64,000 nucleotides of DNA from Bacteroidales bacterium. GTDB lineage: Bacteria > Bacteroidota > Bacteroidia > Bacteroidales > Bacteroidaceae. Position numbers and translations under genes: made by a program. Of this stretch, positions 10,261 to 21,090 are shown piece by piece. The DNA is taken from assembly GCA_004557035.1 (NCBI GenBank), contig SFFB01000019.1, positions 58,734 through 122,733 of the forward strand, written 5' to 3'. Position 1 is the first letter of the stretch. Each line of letters opens with the position of its first letter. The notes under the pieces were generated by a model. The model did no database searches. It saw only the letters and a program-made list of their open reading frames with translations, and was not told where the DNA came from.

Positions 10261-11007
10261 ATGACGACCCTACACATACCCCGACACATCGCCATCATCA
10301 TGGACGGCAACGGCCGATGGGCCAAAGCCAAAGGACTGCCCCGAAGCCGTGGACACCAGGAAGGCGTAGAGACGGTGAGACGCATCACCACACTGGCTTC
10401 GAGACTCGGCGTGGACTATCTGACGCTCTACACCTTCTCGACTGAAAACTGGAACCGACCGGCCGACGAGGTGGCTGCTCTCATGGCGCTCATCATCTCG
10501 GCCATGGAAGAGGAGTTGTTTATGAAAAACAACGTCCGCCTGCGCACCATCGGCGACCTCAGCCGTCTGCCGGACGACGTGAGAGCGGCCATTCGCGGAC
10601 TTGAAGACCGCACAGCGGCCAACACGGGAATGACCATGGTCATCGCGCTGAGCTATTCGGCACGTTGGGAACTGACCGAAGCCACACGCCAAATCGCCCA
10701 AAAGGTGACTCAGGGCCTCATCGCTCCGACCGACATCGACGAAGAGACCATACAGCGCCACCTCTCCACAGCCTTCATGCCCGACCCCGACCTGCTCATA
10801 CGCACCGGCGGCGAAGTGAGGCTGAGCAACTACCTGCTGTGGCAATGTGCCTATACCGAACTCTATTTCTGCGACACCTTCTGGCCCGACTTCGGCGAAG
10901 AAGACCTTATGAAGGCCATTGAGGCCTACGGCGGCAGAGAGCGACGGTTTGGCAAGACCAGCGAACAGGTGGAGCCGACAGCGACCAACGACAACGACTT
11001 ACAATAA
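10261..11007 (+). CDS. uppS: Undecaprenyl diphosphate synthase
   Basis: [40 protein letters not shown]. Confidence 0.97.
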   Translation: MTTLHIPRHIAIIMDGNGRWAKAKGLPRSRGHQEGVETVRRITTLASRLGVDYLTLYTFSTENWNRPADEVAALMALIISAMEEELFMKNNVRLRTIGDLSRLPDDVRAAIRGLEDRTAANTGMTMVIALSYSARWELTEATRQIAQKVTQGLIAPTDIDEETIQRHLSTAFMPDPDLLIRTGGEVRLSNYLLWQCAYTELYFCDTFWPDFGEEDLMKAIEAYGGRERRFGKTSEQVEPTATNDNDLQ

Positions 11008-11050
11008 AGACTCTTCTGCACACAATATATATTTTACACCCTACACTCGC

Positions 11051-13699
11051 ATGACCAAGACGCGCAACAACAGGGCAGCACGATGGCTGACCTTCATCAT
11101 AACTCTCACGGCCACTCTCCTGGTGACTACGGCAACGGCTCAAAACACGCTGCCCAAACAGATCAAGCCACAAATCAACTACACCGGCGACCGAACCCGA
11201 TATGTGTTGGGCGGTCTCGTTGTGGAAGGCGTGAGCGGATATGACGACGAACTGCTCAAGAATATCTCAGGCCTTAACGTGGGCAGTGTCTACGACGTGC
11301 CAGGCGACGACATCGCCGAAGCCATCAGAAGATATATGGGGCAGAAACTCTTTGCCAACGTGCGCATCGAGGCCGACAGCATCGTGGGCAGCGAAATCTT
11401 CCTGCACGTCTATCTCACCGCCCAGCCGCGCGTGTCAAGCATCAACTACTCGGGTGTGAAAAAGAGTGAGCGCGAAGACCTCGAACAACGCCTCGGCCTG
11501 CAGGTTGGCAACCAAATCACGCCCAATATGGTGGACCGCGCCGAAATCTACATCAAGCGCTATTTCGACGAAAAAGGCTTCAAAAACGCCAAAGTCACCA
11601 TCACCCAAAAAGAAGACGTGACGGCCCAAAACCGCGTGATGCTCGACATCGACATCGTGAAAAACGAGAAAATCAAGGTGAAACGCATCCACATCAGCGG
11701 CGTGGACGAAAAAGAGGCGCGCAAACTCAAAAGGGCCATGAAAAAGACCCACGAGAAGTCGCTGGCCAACATCTTCCGTTCGAAGAAGTTTATCCCCGAA
11801 AAATATGAAGAAGACAAGGGTTTTGTCATTGACAAGATGAACGCCTGGGGCTATCGCGACGCACTCATCACGAGCGACAGCGTGGCCACGGTCGACGAAG
11901 GCCACGTCGACGTCTATCTCAACGTCTACAGAGGACAGAAATACTATCTGCGCAACGTGGAGTGGGTGGGCAATAAGGTCTATCCCTCAGACTTGCTGCA
12001 AAACGTGCTGAAGATGAAGCGTGGCGACGTCTACGACCAAAGCCTACTCAATAAACGACTCCACGAAGACGACGACGCCATCGGCAATATGTATTACAAC
12101 AACGGCTATGTCTTCTACAACCTCACTCCCGTGGAAGTGAACATCGACGGCGACTCCATCGACCTCGAAATGCGTATCGAGGAAAACAACCAAGCCACCT
12201 TCAATCACGTACGCATTGCCGGCAACGACCGCGTCTATGAAAACGTCATCCGACGCGAACTCCACACCAAACCGGGTGACCTCTTCTCTATGGAGGCCAT
12301 CAAACGCACCGTCATGGAACTGGCCAATATGAACCAGTTCGACCCCGAAGCTCTCCAAGCCGAACTCTCCAAAAATATCAAGCCCGACCCCGCCAGCGGC
12401 ACTGTAGACATCACCTACCCGCTCGTGACCAAAGGCGGCGACCAGGTGGAACTCTCAGCCGGATGGGGACAGACTGGCATCGTGGGACGCGTGGGCTTGA
12501 AGTTTACCAACTTCTCCATCCAAAACCTCTTCGGAAACGGAGCCAAACGCGCCGGCTTCATCCCGCAAGGCGACGGACAGACGCTCTCGCTTAGCGGACA
12601 GACCAACGGTACCTACTTCCAGAGCTACTCACTCTCGTTCCTCGATCCATGGTTTGGCGGCAAAAGACCCACACAGTTCTCATTCTCGGTCTACTACAGC
12701 AAGCAGAGCGACGTGAACTCCAGCTACTACAACAACTACAACAACATCTATAACTATTACTACGGCTACGGCACCAACTCGAGCTACTACGACTACAGCA
12801 ACTATTATGAGCCGGATAAATACGTCAAGATGTTCGGTTTCTCCATCGGTCTCGGTAAGCGTCTGCGCTGGCCCGACGACTATTTCTCGTTTATGGCCGA
12901 ACTCTCGTACACGCGCTATATGCTCAAGTCGTGGCAATACTTCCTCATCACCGACGGCAACTGCAACAACATCAACCTCTCGCTCACACTGAGCCGCTCG
13001 TCGACAAACGACCCATTCTTCCCGCGCCGTGGCTCTGAGTTTATGGCCTCCGTCACCCTCACACCGCCCTATTCGCTTTGGGACGGCAAAGACTATAAAA
13101 ACCTGGCCACCAACTACAACACAGCCGCCTATCAGCGCGAAGCGCAAGAGAAATACCGCTGGATTGAATACCACAAGTGGAAAGTCAAGTTCCGCACCTT
13201 CACGGCGCTGTCCAACGCCAGCAAGACGCCAGTGCTCATGACACGTGCCGAATTTGGTATCCTCGGCGCCTACAACCGCTACAAGAAGTCGCCGTTTGAG
13301 TCATACTATGTGGGTGGCGACGGTATGTCGGGCTACAGCACGGGTTATGCCACCGAGACCATCGGTCTGCGCGGTTACGACAACGGTTCGCTCGCCGGCA
13401 ACAACTCGTCAAATGCCTATGCCTACAGCCGCATGACGCTCGAACTGCGCTATCCGCTTATGCTCCAGGCTTCCACAAGTATGTACGCGCTGGCCTTTGT
13501 TGAAGGCGGTAACGCTTGGACCGACGTGAGCAAGTTCAATCCGTTCGATATGAAGCGCTCTGCCGGCTTCGGTGTACGTCTGCTGCTCCCTATGGTGGGC
13601 TTGATGGGTATCGACTGGGCCTATGGCTTCCAGAAAAACATCAACGGCTACAACGCCGGCGGATCACAATTCCACTTTATCATCGGTCAGGAATTCTAA
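11051..13699 (+). CDS. bamA: Outer-membrane protein assembly factor BamA
   Basis: POTRA repeats, LRGYDNGS motif, C-terminal QFHFIIGQEF. Confidence 0.96.
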   Translation: MTKTRNNRAARWLTFIITLTATLLVTTATAQNTLPKQIKPQINYTGDRTRYVLGGLVVEGVSGYDDELLKNISGLNVGSVYDVPGDDIAEAIRRYMGQKLFANVRIEADSIVGSEIFLHVYLTAQPRVSSINYSGVKKSEREDLEQRLGLQVGNQITPNMVDRAEIYIKRYFDEKGFKNAKVTITQKEDVTAQNRVMLDIDIVKNEKIKVKRIHISGVDEKEARKLKRAMKKTHEKSLANIFRSKKFIPEKYEEDKGFVIDKMNAWGYRDALITSDSVATVDEGHVDVYLNVYRGQKYYLRNVEWVGNKVYPSDLLQNVLKMKRGDVYDQSLLNKRLHEDDDAIGNMYYNNGYVFYNLTPVEVNIDGDSIDLEMRIEENNQATFNHVRIAGNDRVYENVIRRELHTKPGDLFSMEAIKRTVMELANMNQFDPEALQAELSKNIKPDPASGTVDITYPLVTKGGDQVELSAGWGQTGIVGRVGLKFTNFSIQNLFGNGAKRAGFIPQGDGQTLSLSGQTNGTYFQSYSLSFLDPWFGGKRPTQFSFSVYYSKQSDVNSSYYNNYNNIYNYYYGYGTNSSYYDYSNYYEPDKYVKMFGFSIGLGKRLRWPDDYFSFMAELSYTRYMLKSWQYFLITDGNCNNINLSLTLSRSSTNDPFFPRRGSEFMASVTLTPPYSLWDGKDYKNLATNYNTAAYQREAQEKYRWIEYHKWKVKFRTFTALSNASKTPVLMTRAEFGILGAYNRYKKSPFESYYVGGDGMSGYSTGYATETIGLRGYDNGSLAGNNSSNAYAYSRMTLELRYPLMLQASTSMYALAFVEGGNAWTDVSKFNPFDMKRSAGFGVRLLLPMVGLMGIDWAYGFQKNINGYNAGGSQFHFIIGQEF

Positions 13700-13744
13700 A
13701 AAAACACCTTCCCGCAACTACCAACTCCTTTAATATATATAGGT

Positions 13745-14263
13745 ATGAAAAAGACATTGCTCACCCTCGCCCTGCTGCTCGTCACCGCAGCCGGCGCCAT
13801 GGCACAAAAATTTGCCCTCGTCGATATGGAATATATCATGGGTAACATCCCGGCCTACGAAAGAGCCAACGAACAACTCAACCAGACTTCAAAGAAATGG
13901 CAGGCTGAAGTCGAAGCGCTCGACAACCAGGCCAAGACGCTCTACAAAAACTATCAAAACGAAGTGGTCTTCCTCAGCGAAGCACAAAAGAAAGAGCGCG
14001 AACAGGCCATCGTCGACAAAGAGAAAGAAGCCTCTGAACTTCGCAAAAAATACTTTGGTCCGGAGGGCGAACTCTACAAAAAGCGCGTAGCACTCATCGA
14101 ACCCATCCAAGACGAAATCTACAACGCCATCAAAGGCATCGCTCAGGCCAAAGGCATACAGCTCGTGCTCGACCGCGCCTCACAAAGTGCCGGCATCATC
14201 TTTGCCTCACCCGCAGCCGACATCAGCCACGAAGTGCTGGCCAAACTGGGATATGCCAATTAA
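13745..14263 (+). CDS. skp: OmpH/Skp chaperone
   Basis: QKFALVDMEYI, coiled coil, DISHEVL; located after bamA. Confidence 0.92.
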   Translation: MKKTLLTLALLLVTAAGAMAQKFALVDMEYIMGNIPAYERANEQLNQTSKKWQAEVEALDNQAKTLYKNYQNEVVFLSEAQKKEREQAIVDKEKEASELRKKYFGPEGELYKKRVALIEPIQDEIYNAIKGIAQAKGIQLVLDRASQSAGIIFASPAADISHEVLAKLGYAN

Positions 14264-14474
14264 AACAAGTTTTTCTTGCCATTCCGCTCGCCTTGCACTA
14301 ACACTCGCTTCACGCAAGTTAGGCTGCGGCTCGGGAATGTCAATAAAAACAAGTTTTTCTTGCCATTCCGCTCGCCTTGCACTAACACTCGCTTCGCGCA
14401 AGTTAGGCTGCGGCTCGGGAATGTCAATAAAAACAAGTTTTTCTTGCCATTCCGCTCGCCTTGCACTAACTTTG
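14262..14474 (+). repeat. 84-bp tandem repeat (about 2.5 copies) ending in -7 box TAACTTTG
   Basis: Units start at 14262, 14346 and 14430. The last CCTTGCACTA runs into TAACTTTG at 14467-14474. Confidence 0.92.
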
Positions 14475-14523
14475 CACCCACAAGACAAGAACATACATCA
14501 AGATATCAATAAACTCATTTACA

Positions 14524-15078
14524 ATGTTAAAGAAAATCATCATTGCGATGCTGCTGGTTTTGCCCACAAGCCTCGCCGCTCAAAAATTCGCTCACTTCGA
14601 CTACTCTGCCCTTATGGCCTCTCTTCCTGAAACCAAAAAGGCTCAGGGCGAACTTGAAGCTATGGGTAAGACTTACGCCGACGAACTTCAGAGCATGGAA
14701 AAGGAAATCAACGCCAAGATTGAGAAATTCCAGAACGAAATCAACGACCAGACTCCCGAAAACATCCGCAACCGCCGCGCTCAGGAAATCCAGCAAATGC
14801 AAGAGCGCTACCAGCAGGCCGCTCAAGACAACCAGCAGGCTTTCGACGACGCCAAGATGAAAAAGATGCAGCCCATCGTGCAGAAAGTGATGGATGCCGT
14901 CAACAGCGTGGCCAAAGAGGGCAACTATGTCTATATCGTCGACAAAAATGCCTCTCAAAGCGTAGGCATCGTCATCAATGAATCGCTCAGCGAAGACGTG
15001 ACACCCAAAGTGATGGCCAAACTCGGCATCACGCAGCTCGTACAGCCTGCCGCCGCAGGTGCCGCTGCCACAAAATAA
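14524..15078 (+). CDS. skp: OmpH/Skp chaperone, second paralog
   Basis: QKFAHFDYSALM, coiled coil, DVTPKVMAKLG. Confidence 0.9.
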   Translation: MLKKIIIAMLLVLPTSLAAQKFAHFDYSALMASLPETKKAQGELEAMGKTYADELQSMEKEINAKIEKFQNEINDQTPENIRNRRAQEIQQMQERYQQAAQDNQQAFDDAKMKKMQPIVQKVMDAVNSVAKEGNYVYIVDKNASQSVGIVINESLSEDVTPKVMAKLGITQLVQPAAAGAAATK

Positions 15079-15132
15079 TCATACGGCACAGACAGGGTGC
15101 GCCAACCGACACCTTTCTTGCCTCATCTCACA

Positions 15133-15168
15133 GGGATTGAAGTCCGACCATCGGCTTCAATTCCTTTT
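15133..15168 (+). terminator. Intrinsic terminator after the skp genes
   Basis: GGGATTGAAGTCCGA-CCA-TCGGCTTCAATTCC followed by TTTT. Confidence 0.65.
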
Positions 15169-15221
15169 ATGTTTTTCATAACGCCGCCCCGCTCGCGACG
15201 GCCAACCATCTCCTCAACCTT

Positions 15222-16424
15222 ATGCGCAGAAGCCTTGCAGCTTTTTTTGTTTCCCTCGTCTGCCTCATCCCGCTACACGGCCAAGACACCATCCCGACCG
15301 AAGTCTCAACGGCCTGCACCTGGAGCGAGACCATCGGCCAGAAACTCGACAGCCTCACCCGTCTGCCATTGATGCAGCGCACCCAACTGGGACTCTACGT
15401 CTATGACCTTACGGCCGACAAACCTCTGTTTGCCCATCACATCCACCAACAACTGCGCCCGGCCTCGTGCCAAAAACTCGTCACCGCCATCAGTGCCTTG
15501 AAGGTGCTCGGCAGTGATTTCTGCTTCCGCACCACTCTGGACTACACCGGCACCATCGCCGACTCGGTCTTGACCGGCGACATCTGGATAAGTGGCAGTT
15601 TCGACCCACTCTTCAGCCGGTCCGACCTCAACGGTTTTGTGAAGAAACTGACCGATGCCGGCATACGCCGGGTTGAGGGCCACATACATTTCGACCGCAG
15701 TCTGTGTGACACTGTCAAAGCCGGCTGGGGCTGGTGTTGGGACGACGACAATCCGCCCCTCACTCCCCTGTTGCTGAATGGGAAAGCCACCTTCGAGACC
15801 ACGTGGCTCGACGCTCTCACCCGTGCCGGCATCACCCGTCCCAACGACTACACCTATGGCCGCAAGCCCTCCGACGCCACCTGTCTGACCACGGTCAGCC
15901 ACACCATCGACCAAGTGCTCCTGCCCATGATGAAAAAGAGCGACAACCTCTGTGCCGAAGCCCTTTTCATGCGACTGGCCGCCTATAGCGGTACGCCTTA
16001 TGCCGGCCGCCAAGAGGCCGTCGGCGAGATAAACAGCGTCTATGCCGAGGCCGGAGTTGATGAAAAGGCCTATGAAATAGCCGACGGCAGCGGCCTCTCA
16101 CTCTACAACTACACCACGCCCCATTGCCTCGTCTCCTTGTTGCGACTTGCCTGGCAAAATCCTCAACTCCGCCGCCATCTCGTCCCCTCACTGCCCGTGG
16201 CCGCCACCGACGGCACCTTGAGCAAACGTATGAAGGGCACCAAAGCCGACGGCAATGTCAAGGCCAAGACCGGCACCGTCACCGGCGTCTCCACCCTCGC
16301 CGGCTACCTCACGGCTCCCAACGGCCACACGCTTTGCTTCGCCATCCTCAATCAAGGCCTCTACCACACCGCCGACGGCAGGCGTTTTCAAGACGCCGTC
16401 TGCACGGCATTGACCGCGCCATAA
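15222..16424 (+). CDS. dacB: D-Ala-D-Ala carboxypeptidase/endopeptidase PBP4 (peptidase S13)
   Basis: PASCQK (SxxK), SDN, DGSGLS, KTG. Confidence 0.93.
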   Translation: MRRSLAAFFVSLVCLIPLHGQDTIPTEVSTACTWSETIGQKLDSLTRLPLMQRTQLGLYVYDLTADKPLFAHHIHQQLRPASCQKLVTAISALKVLGSDFCFRTTLDYTGTIADSVLTGDIWISGSFDPLFSRSDLNGFVKKLTDAGIRRVEGHIHFDRSLCDTVKAGWGWCWDDDNPPLTPLLLNGKATFETTWLDALTRAGITRPNDYTYGRKPSDATCLTTVSHTIDQVLLPMMKKSDNLCAEALFMRLAAYSGTPYAGRQEAVGEINSVYAEAGVDEKAYEIADGSGLSLYNYTTPHCLVSLLRLAWQNPQLRRHLVPSLPVAATDGTLSKRMKGTKADGNVKAKTGTVTGVSTLAGYLTAPNGHTLCFAILNQGLYHTADGRRFQDAVCTALTAP

Positions 16425-16430
16425 GGCCGC

Positions 16431-18536
16431 GTGACAAACTTTTCGTATTTTTGCAGCATTAACCTATCCCATCTCTTGAGCCACTACTTTCCCATCACAG
16501 ACCCGACGTGGATTTTTTTCATCGTCTTGAGCATCATCCTCTTTGCGCCGATGGTGTTTGAGCGGTTGCGCGTGCCGGCCATTGTGGGAATGATTTGTGC
16601 CGGCATATTGATAGGGCCTCACGGACTCCACGTGCTCGAACGCGACAGCAGTTTTGAGCTTTTCGGCAAAGTGGGGCTTTATTATATCATGTTCTTGGCC
16701 TCGCTCGAGATGAACCTGCAAGACGTGCAAGTCATCAAATGGCGGGCCCTCACCCTCGGACTGCTCAGTTTCGCCCTGCCTATGCTCATGGGCTATGGGG
16801 CCAACAGGTTCTTGCTTGGCTATGGGGCTGCCGCGGCCGTACTGATGGCGGCGATGTATGCCTCCCACACGCTCGTCACCTACCCCATTGTGATGCGCTA
16901 CGGTCTGGCACGGCGGCAGAGTGTGAGCATAGCTGTGGGTGCAACGATTGTGGCCGACACGCTCACCCTCCTCGTCCTTGCCGTGGTGGGCGGTATGTTC
17001 AAGGAAAATGTTTCTGGTCTTTATTGGGTGTGGCTGGTGTTGAAAGTCGTTTTGTTGAGTGCTGTCATCATTGTGACCTTCCCCCGCATGGCCCGTTGGT
17101 TTTTCCGTCGCTACGACGAGAGCGTAGCCCAATACATCTTTGTGTTGGCCCTGGTCTTCCTCGGCGCAGCCTTGATGGAGATTGTGGGCATGGAGGGCAT
17201 ACTTGGCGCCTTCTTGGTGGGTATTGTGCTCAACCGCAGCATTCCGCCCTCGTCGCCTCTCATGAGCCACGTGGAGTTTGTGGGCAATGCACTTTTCATT
17301 CCCTATTTCCTCATTGGTGTGGGTATGTTGCTCGACGTGAGTGCCTTTGCCCGCCACAGCCAGGTGTTCATTTTGGCTGCCGTGATGATAGCCGTGGGTC
17401 TTTCGAGCAAATGGCTTTCGGCCTATGCCACCCAGCGGCTATTTGGCATGCCGCGCCGTGAAGGCACCCTGATGTTTGGCCTGACAAGTTCGCGTGCTGC
17501 CGCTACGCTGGCCGTAGTGCTGGTGGGTCACGGCATCATCCTGCCCGGCGGCAGCCGACTGCTGGGCGAAGACGTGCTCAACGCCACGATGATGTTCATA
17601 CTGGTGACTTGTGTGGTGAGTTCGTTTGTCACCTCCACCACGGCCCGTCGCATTGCCGAGAGTCCCACTCCCGAGCGCAACACCAAGCGCAAGGGCAGCG
17701 ACCGCATCATTGTGGCCCTTTCCAATCCCGAAACCGTGCCGTCGCTCATTGCCGTCGGTCTGATGTTGCGCTCCCCGGGTTCGCCCACTCCGCTCACGGC
17801 GCTCAACGTCGTGCTCGAAGACGACCCGACGGCTCGCGAAGAGGGCCTCAGGCAGTTGGAGCGTGCCGTGAAGATTGCCGCAGCCGCCGGCGTGCGTTTG
17901 GTGACACGCAGCCGCTGGTCGGTCAATGTGGTGAGCGGTCTGTCGCACACGATGAAAGAGTTTGAGGCCTCCGATCTTCTTGTGGGTCTCCACCAAAAAG
18001 CCAAAATCACCGAGACCTTCTATGGCAAGCTCACCACCGATCTCATCCAGGCCGTCGAGGGCCAAATCTTCATCTACCGCCCCGTGGTGCCGCCGGCCAC
18101 CGTCACCCACATGCACCTCATCATCCCGCGCAAAGCCGAGTTTGAGCCGGGCTTCAACAACTGGGCCATTCGTCTGGGCCTGCTTGCCGGACAAATCCAA
18201 TGCAAGGTGACGGCCTACAGCGGCCGAGGCACGATGATTTCGCTTCAAGGTGTCTGGGACGACAACAAACTCAGCGTCAAAGCCGAACAGACCGTCTACA
18301 ATGACTGGCACGACTTCATCTCCATTGCCTGCAATGCCCGGCCCGACCATCTTGTGGTCTTTGTGGCCGCACGCCGAGGCACGCTCTCGTTCCACAACTA
18401 TATGAACCAACTGCCTGAACAGATTGAGCAATATTTTTCAGCCCACAACCTTTTGATTGTCTTCCCCTCACAGCCGGCTTCGTCGGGCCCGGTAGCGGCC
18501 ATCCGTGCCGGCGTACCCGTCAAAGTCAGGGCTTAG
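16431..18536 (+). CDS. Cation:proton antiporter (CPA2) with C-terminal USP-like domain; start codon uncertain
   Basis: Many TM helices and GILIGPHGL; soluble C-terminal domain IIVALSNPET. Confidence 0.85.
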   Translation: MTNFSYFCSINLSHLLSHYFPITDPTWIFFIVLSIILFAPMVFERLRVPAIVGMICAGILIGPHGLHVLERDSSFELFGKVGLYYIMFLASLEMNLQDVQVIKWRALTLGLLSFALPMLMGYGANRFLLGYGAAAAVLMAAMYASHTLVTYPIVMRYGLARRQSVSIAVGATIVADTLTLLVLAVVGGMFKENVSGLYWVWLVLKVVLLSAVIIVTFPRMARWFFRRYDESVAQYIFVLALVFLGAALMEIVGMEGILGAFLVGIVLNRSIPPSSPLMSHVEFVGNALFIPYFLIGVGMLLDVSAFARHSQVFILAAVMIAVGLSSKWLSAYATQRLFGMPRREGTLMFGLTSSRAAATLAVVLVGHGIILPGGSRLLGEDVLNATMMFILVTCVVSSFVTSTTARRIAESPTPERNTKRKGSDRIIVALSNPETVPSLIAVGLMLRSPGSPTPLTALNVVLEDDPTAREEGLRQLERAVKIAAAAGVRLVTRSRWSVNVVSGLSHTMKEFEASDLLVGLHQKAKITETFYGKLTTDLIQAVEGQIFIYRPVVPPATVTHMHLIIPRKAEFEPGFNNWAIRLGLLAGQIQCKVTAYSGRGTMISLQGVWDDNKLSVKAEQTVYNDWHDFISIACNARPDHLVVFVAARRGTLSFHNYMNQLPEQIEQYFSAHNLLIVFPSQPASSGPVAAIRAGVPVKVRA

Positions 18537-18560
18537 CCTCGGGCCGTCTTTTTTCCACCT

Positions 18561-21032
18561 ATGTTTTTTCAAGACCAAGCATCCGCCATACCATCCGGCA
18601 ACAACCCCTTGCTGGCCGATGTCGTAGTGCCCCTGGCCCTCTCGGGCACGTTCACCTATCTGGTGCCGCCGAGTCTGGCCGCCGAGGTCAGACTCGGCAG
18701 CCGTGTGCTGGTGTCTTTTGGAAAAAAGAAACTCTACACCGCCATTGTCTTGCGCCTCCCCGGCACCATGCCGCCCGAAGGAGTCGAACTCAAACCCATT
18801 CTCGAAGTCATCGACGCCGAACCCATTGTGACCGCCGGCCAACTCGAACTGTGGCAATGGCTTTCGTCTTACTATATGTGCACCATTGGCGAGGTGATGA
18901 AGGCAGCTATGCCGTCGAGCCTCAAACTCGAGAGCGAGACGATGATTGAGGTATGCCCCGAAGCCACCTCGACCGAGCCGCGCGAGACTGAAATCATCAA
19001 GGCACTGAGTGAAGTGAAGGCTATGCGCCTTTCCGACCTCGTCAAGCAGTTTGCCGCCGACCGCCAACCCCTCCACGCGCCACTGCGCCGCCTCATCGAC
19101 CAAGACCTCGTCAAGGTGAGCGAAAGCCTGCGGCAAAGAGAGAAGATGCCCACCGTCACCTGCGTGGCCCTGACGGCCGAAGGCGAAAACACGACGGACT
19201 GCAAGGGGAAAAACCAGGCGGCTTTGCTCGCACATCTCCAAAAGCTCAAAGCCGCCGGGGCTCCCGACGCCGAGCGTACCTCACTCACTGCTGAGTCGCC
19301 GTCGAACGCCGCAGCCATTGCGGCTCTGCGCAAAAAAGGTCTCGTCTACACTTACGAGCGGCCAGCAGAAATCTCTGACGATAGCCCTTCGGCCGAAGGC
19401 GAGCTTCCCCAACTGGCCGAGGCCCAACAACGGGCTTTACAAGAAATCGACGACCGCTGGACGCGCCACAGTGTCTGCCTGCTCCACGGCGTAACTTCTT
19501 CTGGAAAAACCGAAATCTACATTCGCCTCATTGCCCGCACGCTGGCTGAAGGCAAGAGTGTGCTCTACCTGCTGCCCGAAATAGCTCTCACCACCCAAAT
19601 CACGTCGCGCCTCTCGCGGGTGTTTGGCAAGCGGATGGGCCTTTACCACTCCAAACTCTCCGACACCGCGCGCGCTTCGCTATGGCGCCGCCAACTCTCT
19701 TCCGAGGCTTGTCCGCTCATCCTTGGTGCCCGGTCGGCCTTGTTTCTTCCCTATCAAAACCTCGGTCTTGTCATTGTCGACGAAGAGCACGAAACCAGTT
19801 TCAAGCAACAAGATCCTGCTCCGCGCTATCACGCACGCGACGCCGCCATTGTCTTGGCCGCGCGTTGCGGCGCCAAAGTGCTGCTGGGCACGGCCACGCC
19901 GTCGGTAGAGTCATACCACAACGCCACCACGGCGGGCAAATACGGACTCGTGTGTCTGAAAGAGCGCTACGGCGGAGCCACCCTGCCCGACATCATTGTG
20001 GAAGACGTGGGCGAACTGCGGCGTAAGAAACTGATGAAAACGCCCTTCTCGCCACGCCTCATCGCCGACACCCGCTCGACGCTCGACGGCGGCGGCCAGG
20101 CCATCTTTTTCATCAACCGCCGCGGCTATACCCCGGTGATGGAATGTCACACCTGCGGCTGGACACCGCGCTGCGCAGCCTGCGACGTTCCCCTCACCCA
20201 CCACCGCCAGACGGGCCGACTGGTGTGCCACTATTGCGGTGCCACCTATGCACTGCCTGCTGCCTGTCCCTGTTGCGGCGAGCACGACCTGAGAGGCAAA
20301 GGGCAGGGCACGGAGAAGATTGAAGAAGAAGTGGGCCGCTGTTTCCCTCAAGCACGGCCGGCACGGATGGACCTCGACACGACGCGCGCCAAGACGGCTC
20401 ACGAGAAGATTATCGAGGCTTTCAAAAACCTCAAGACCAACCTGCTTATCGGCACACAGATGGTGACCAAAGGGCTCGACTTCGACCATGTGGGCGTGGT
20501 GGGTATTCTCGATGCCGATGCCCTGCTCAACCGCCCCGACTTCCGTGCCCACGAGCGGGCTTTCCAGATGTTGAGCCAAGTGGCCGGTCGTGCCGGGAGG
20601 CGTGGCAACCGCAAGGGGCTTGTCATTTTGCAGACCAAGCAACCGGCTCTCCCCGTCGTGTCGCAGATTGTGCGTAGCGACTACGAGGCCATGTTTGAAG
20701 GGCAGATGGCCGAGCGTCGGGAGTTTGTGTTTCCGCCCTTCTGCCGTCTGATTGTGGTGTGTCTGAAACACCGCTATGAGTCTGCTTGCGAACGAGCTGC
20801 CGAAGCGATGGCTGCCTTGCTTCGCCCTGCTTTGGGTACGGCCGTGTTGGGCCCCGACCGCCCTACAGTGGGCCGTGTGCAATACCAGCACATCCGCCGG
20901 CTGGTGGTCAAGGTCATCGCCCCTCACACGCCCCAAGGCGTCAAGTCGCTTTTGCTCCACGCCCGTATGCAGTTGACGGCAAGCCCCGAAGGTCGCGGCG
21001 TCGCCGTGTTTTTCGATGTCGACCCGATTTAA
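18561..21032 (+). CDS. priA: Primosomal protein N' helicase
   Basis: HGVTSSGKTE, DEEHE, Cys-rich zinc region, GTQMVTKGLDF. Confidence 0.96.
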   Translation: MFFQDQASAIPSGNNPLLADVVVPLALSGTFTYLVPPSLAAEVRLGSRVLVSFGKKKLYTAIVLRLPGTMPPEGVELKPILEVIDAEPIVTAGQLELWQWLSSYYMCTIGEVMKAAMPSSLKLESETMIEVCPEATSTEPRETEIIKALSEVKAMRLSDLVKQFAADRQPLHAPLRRLIDQDLVKVSESLRQREKMPTVTCVALTAEGENTTDCKGKNQAALLAHLQKLKAAGAPDAERTSLTAESPSNAAAIAALRKKGLVYTYERPAEISDDSPSAEGELPQLAEAQQRALQEIDDRWTRHSVCLLHGVTSSGKTEIYIRLIARTLAEGKSVLYLLPEIALTTQITSRLSRVFGKRMGLYHSKLSDTARASLWRRQLSSEACPLILGARSALFLPYQNLGLVIVDEEHETSFKQQDPAPRYHARDAAIVLAARCGAKVLLGTATPSVESYHNATTAGKYGLVCLKERYGGATLPDIIVEDVGELRRKKLMKTPFSPRLIADTRSTLDGGGQAIFFINRRGYTPVMECHTCGWTPRCAACDVPLTHHRQTGRLVCHYCGATYALPAACPCCGEHDLRGKGQGTEKIEEEVGRCFPQARPARMDLDTTRAKTAHEKIIEAFKNLKTNLLIGTQMVTKGLDFDHVGVVGILDADALLNRPDFRAHERAFQMLSQVAGRAGRRGNRKGLVILQTKQPALPVVSQIVRSDYEAMFEGQMAERREFVFPPFCRLIVVCLKHRYESACERAAEAMAALLRPALGTAVLGPDRPTVGRVQYQHIRRLVVKVIAPHTPQGVKSLLLHARMQLTASPEGRGVAVFFDVDPI

Positions 21033-21090
21033 GGGGAAAGTTTTTTTAGGGGGGAGGAGTATATTATTATTGAATTATGCCGCCCTCACG

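Noticed and set aside
12715..12815. Tyr/Asn-rich low-complexity tract
   Set aside because: In-frame loop within bamA, not a separate element.
14262..14474. CRISPR array (also considered for 53075-53308)
   Set aside because: The would-be spacers are near-identical, units are 65-84 bp, and no cas genes are present.
14187..14630. ORFs with 28-aa repeats
   Set aside because: They are translations of the 84-bp non-coding tandem repeat.
21033..21060. T7/G7 homopolymer tract as a phase-variation site
   Set aside because: It lies between the convergent stop codons of priA and mutS, outside any promoter or reading frame.
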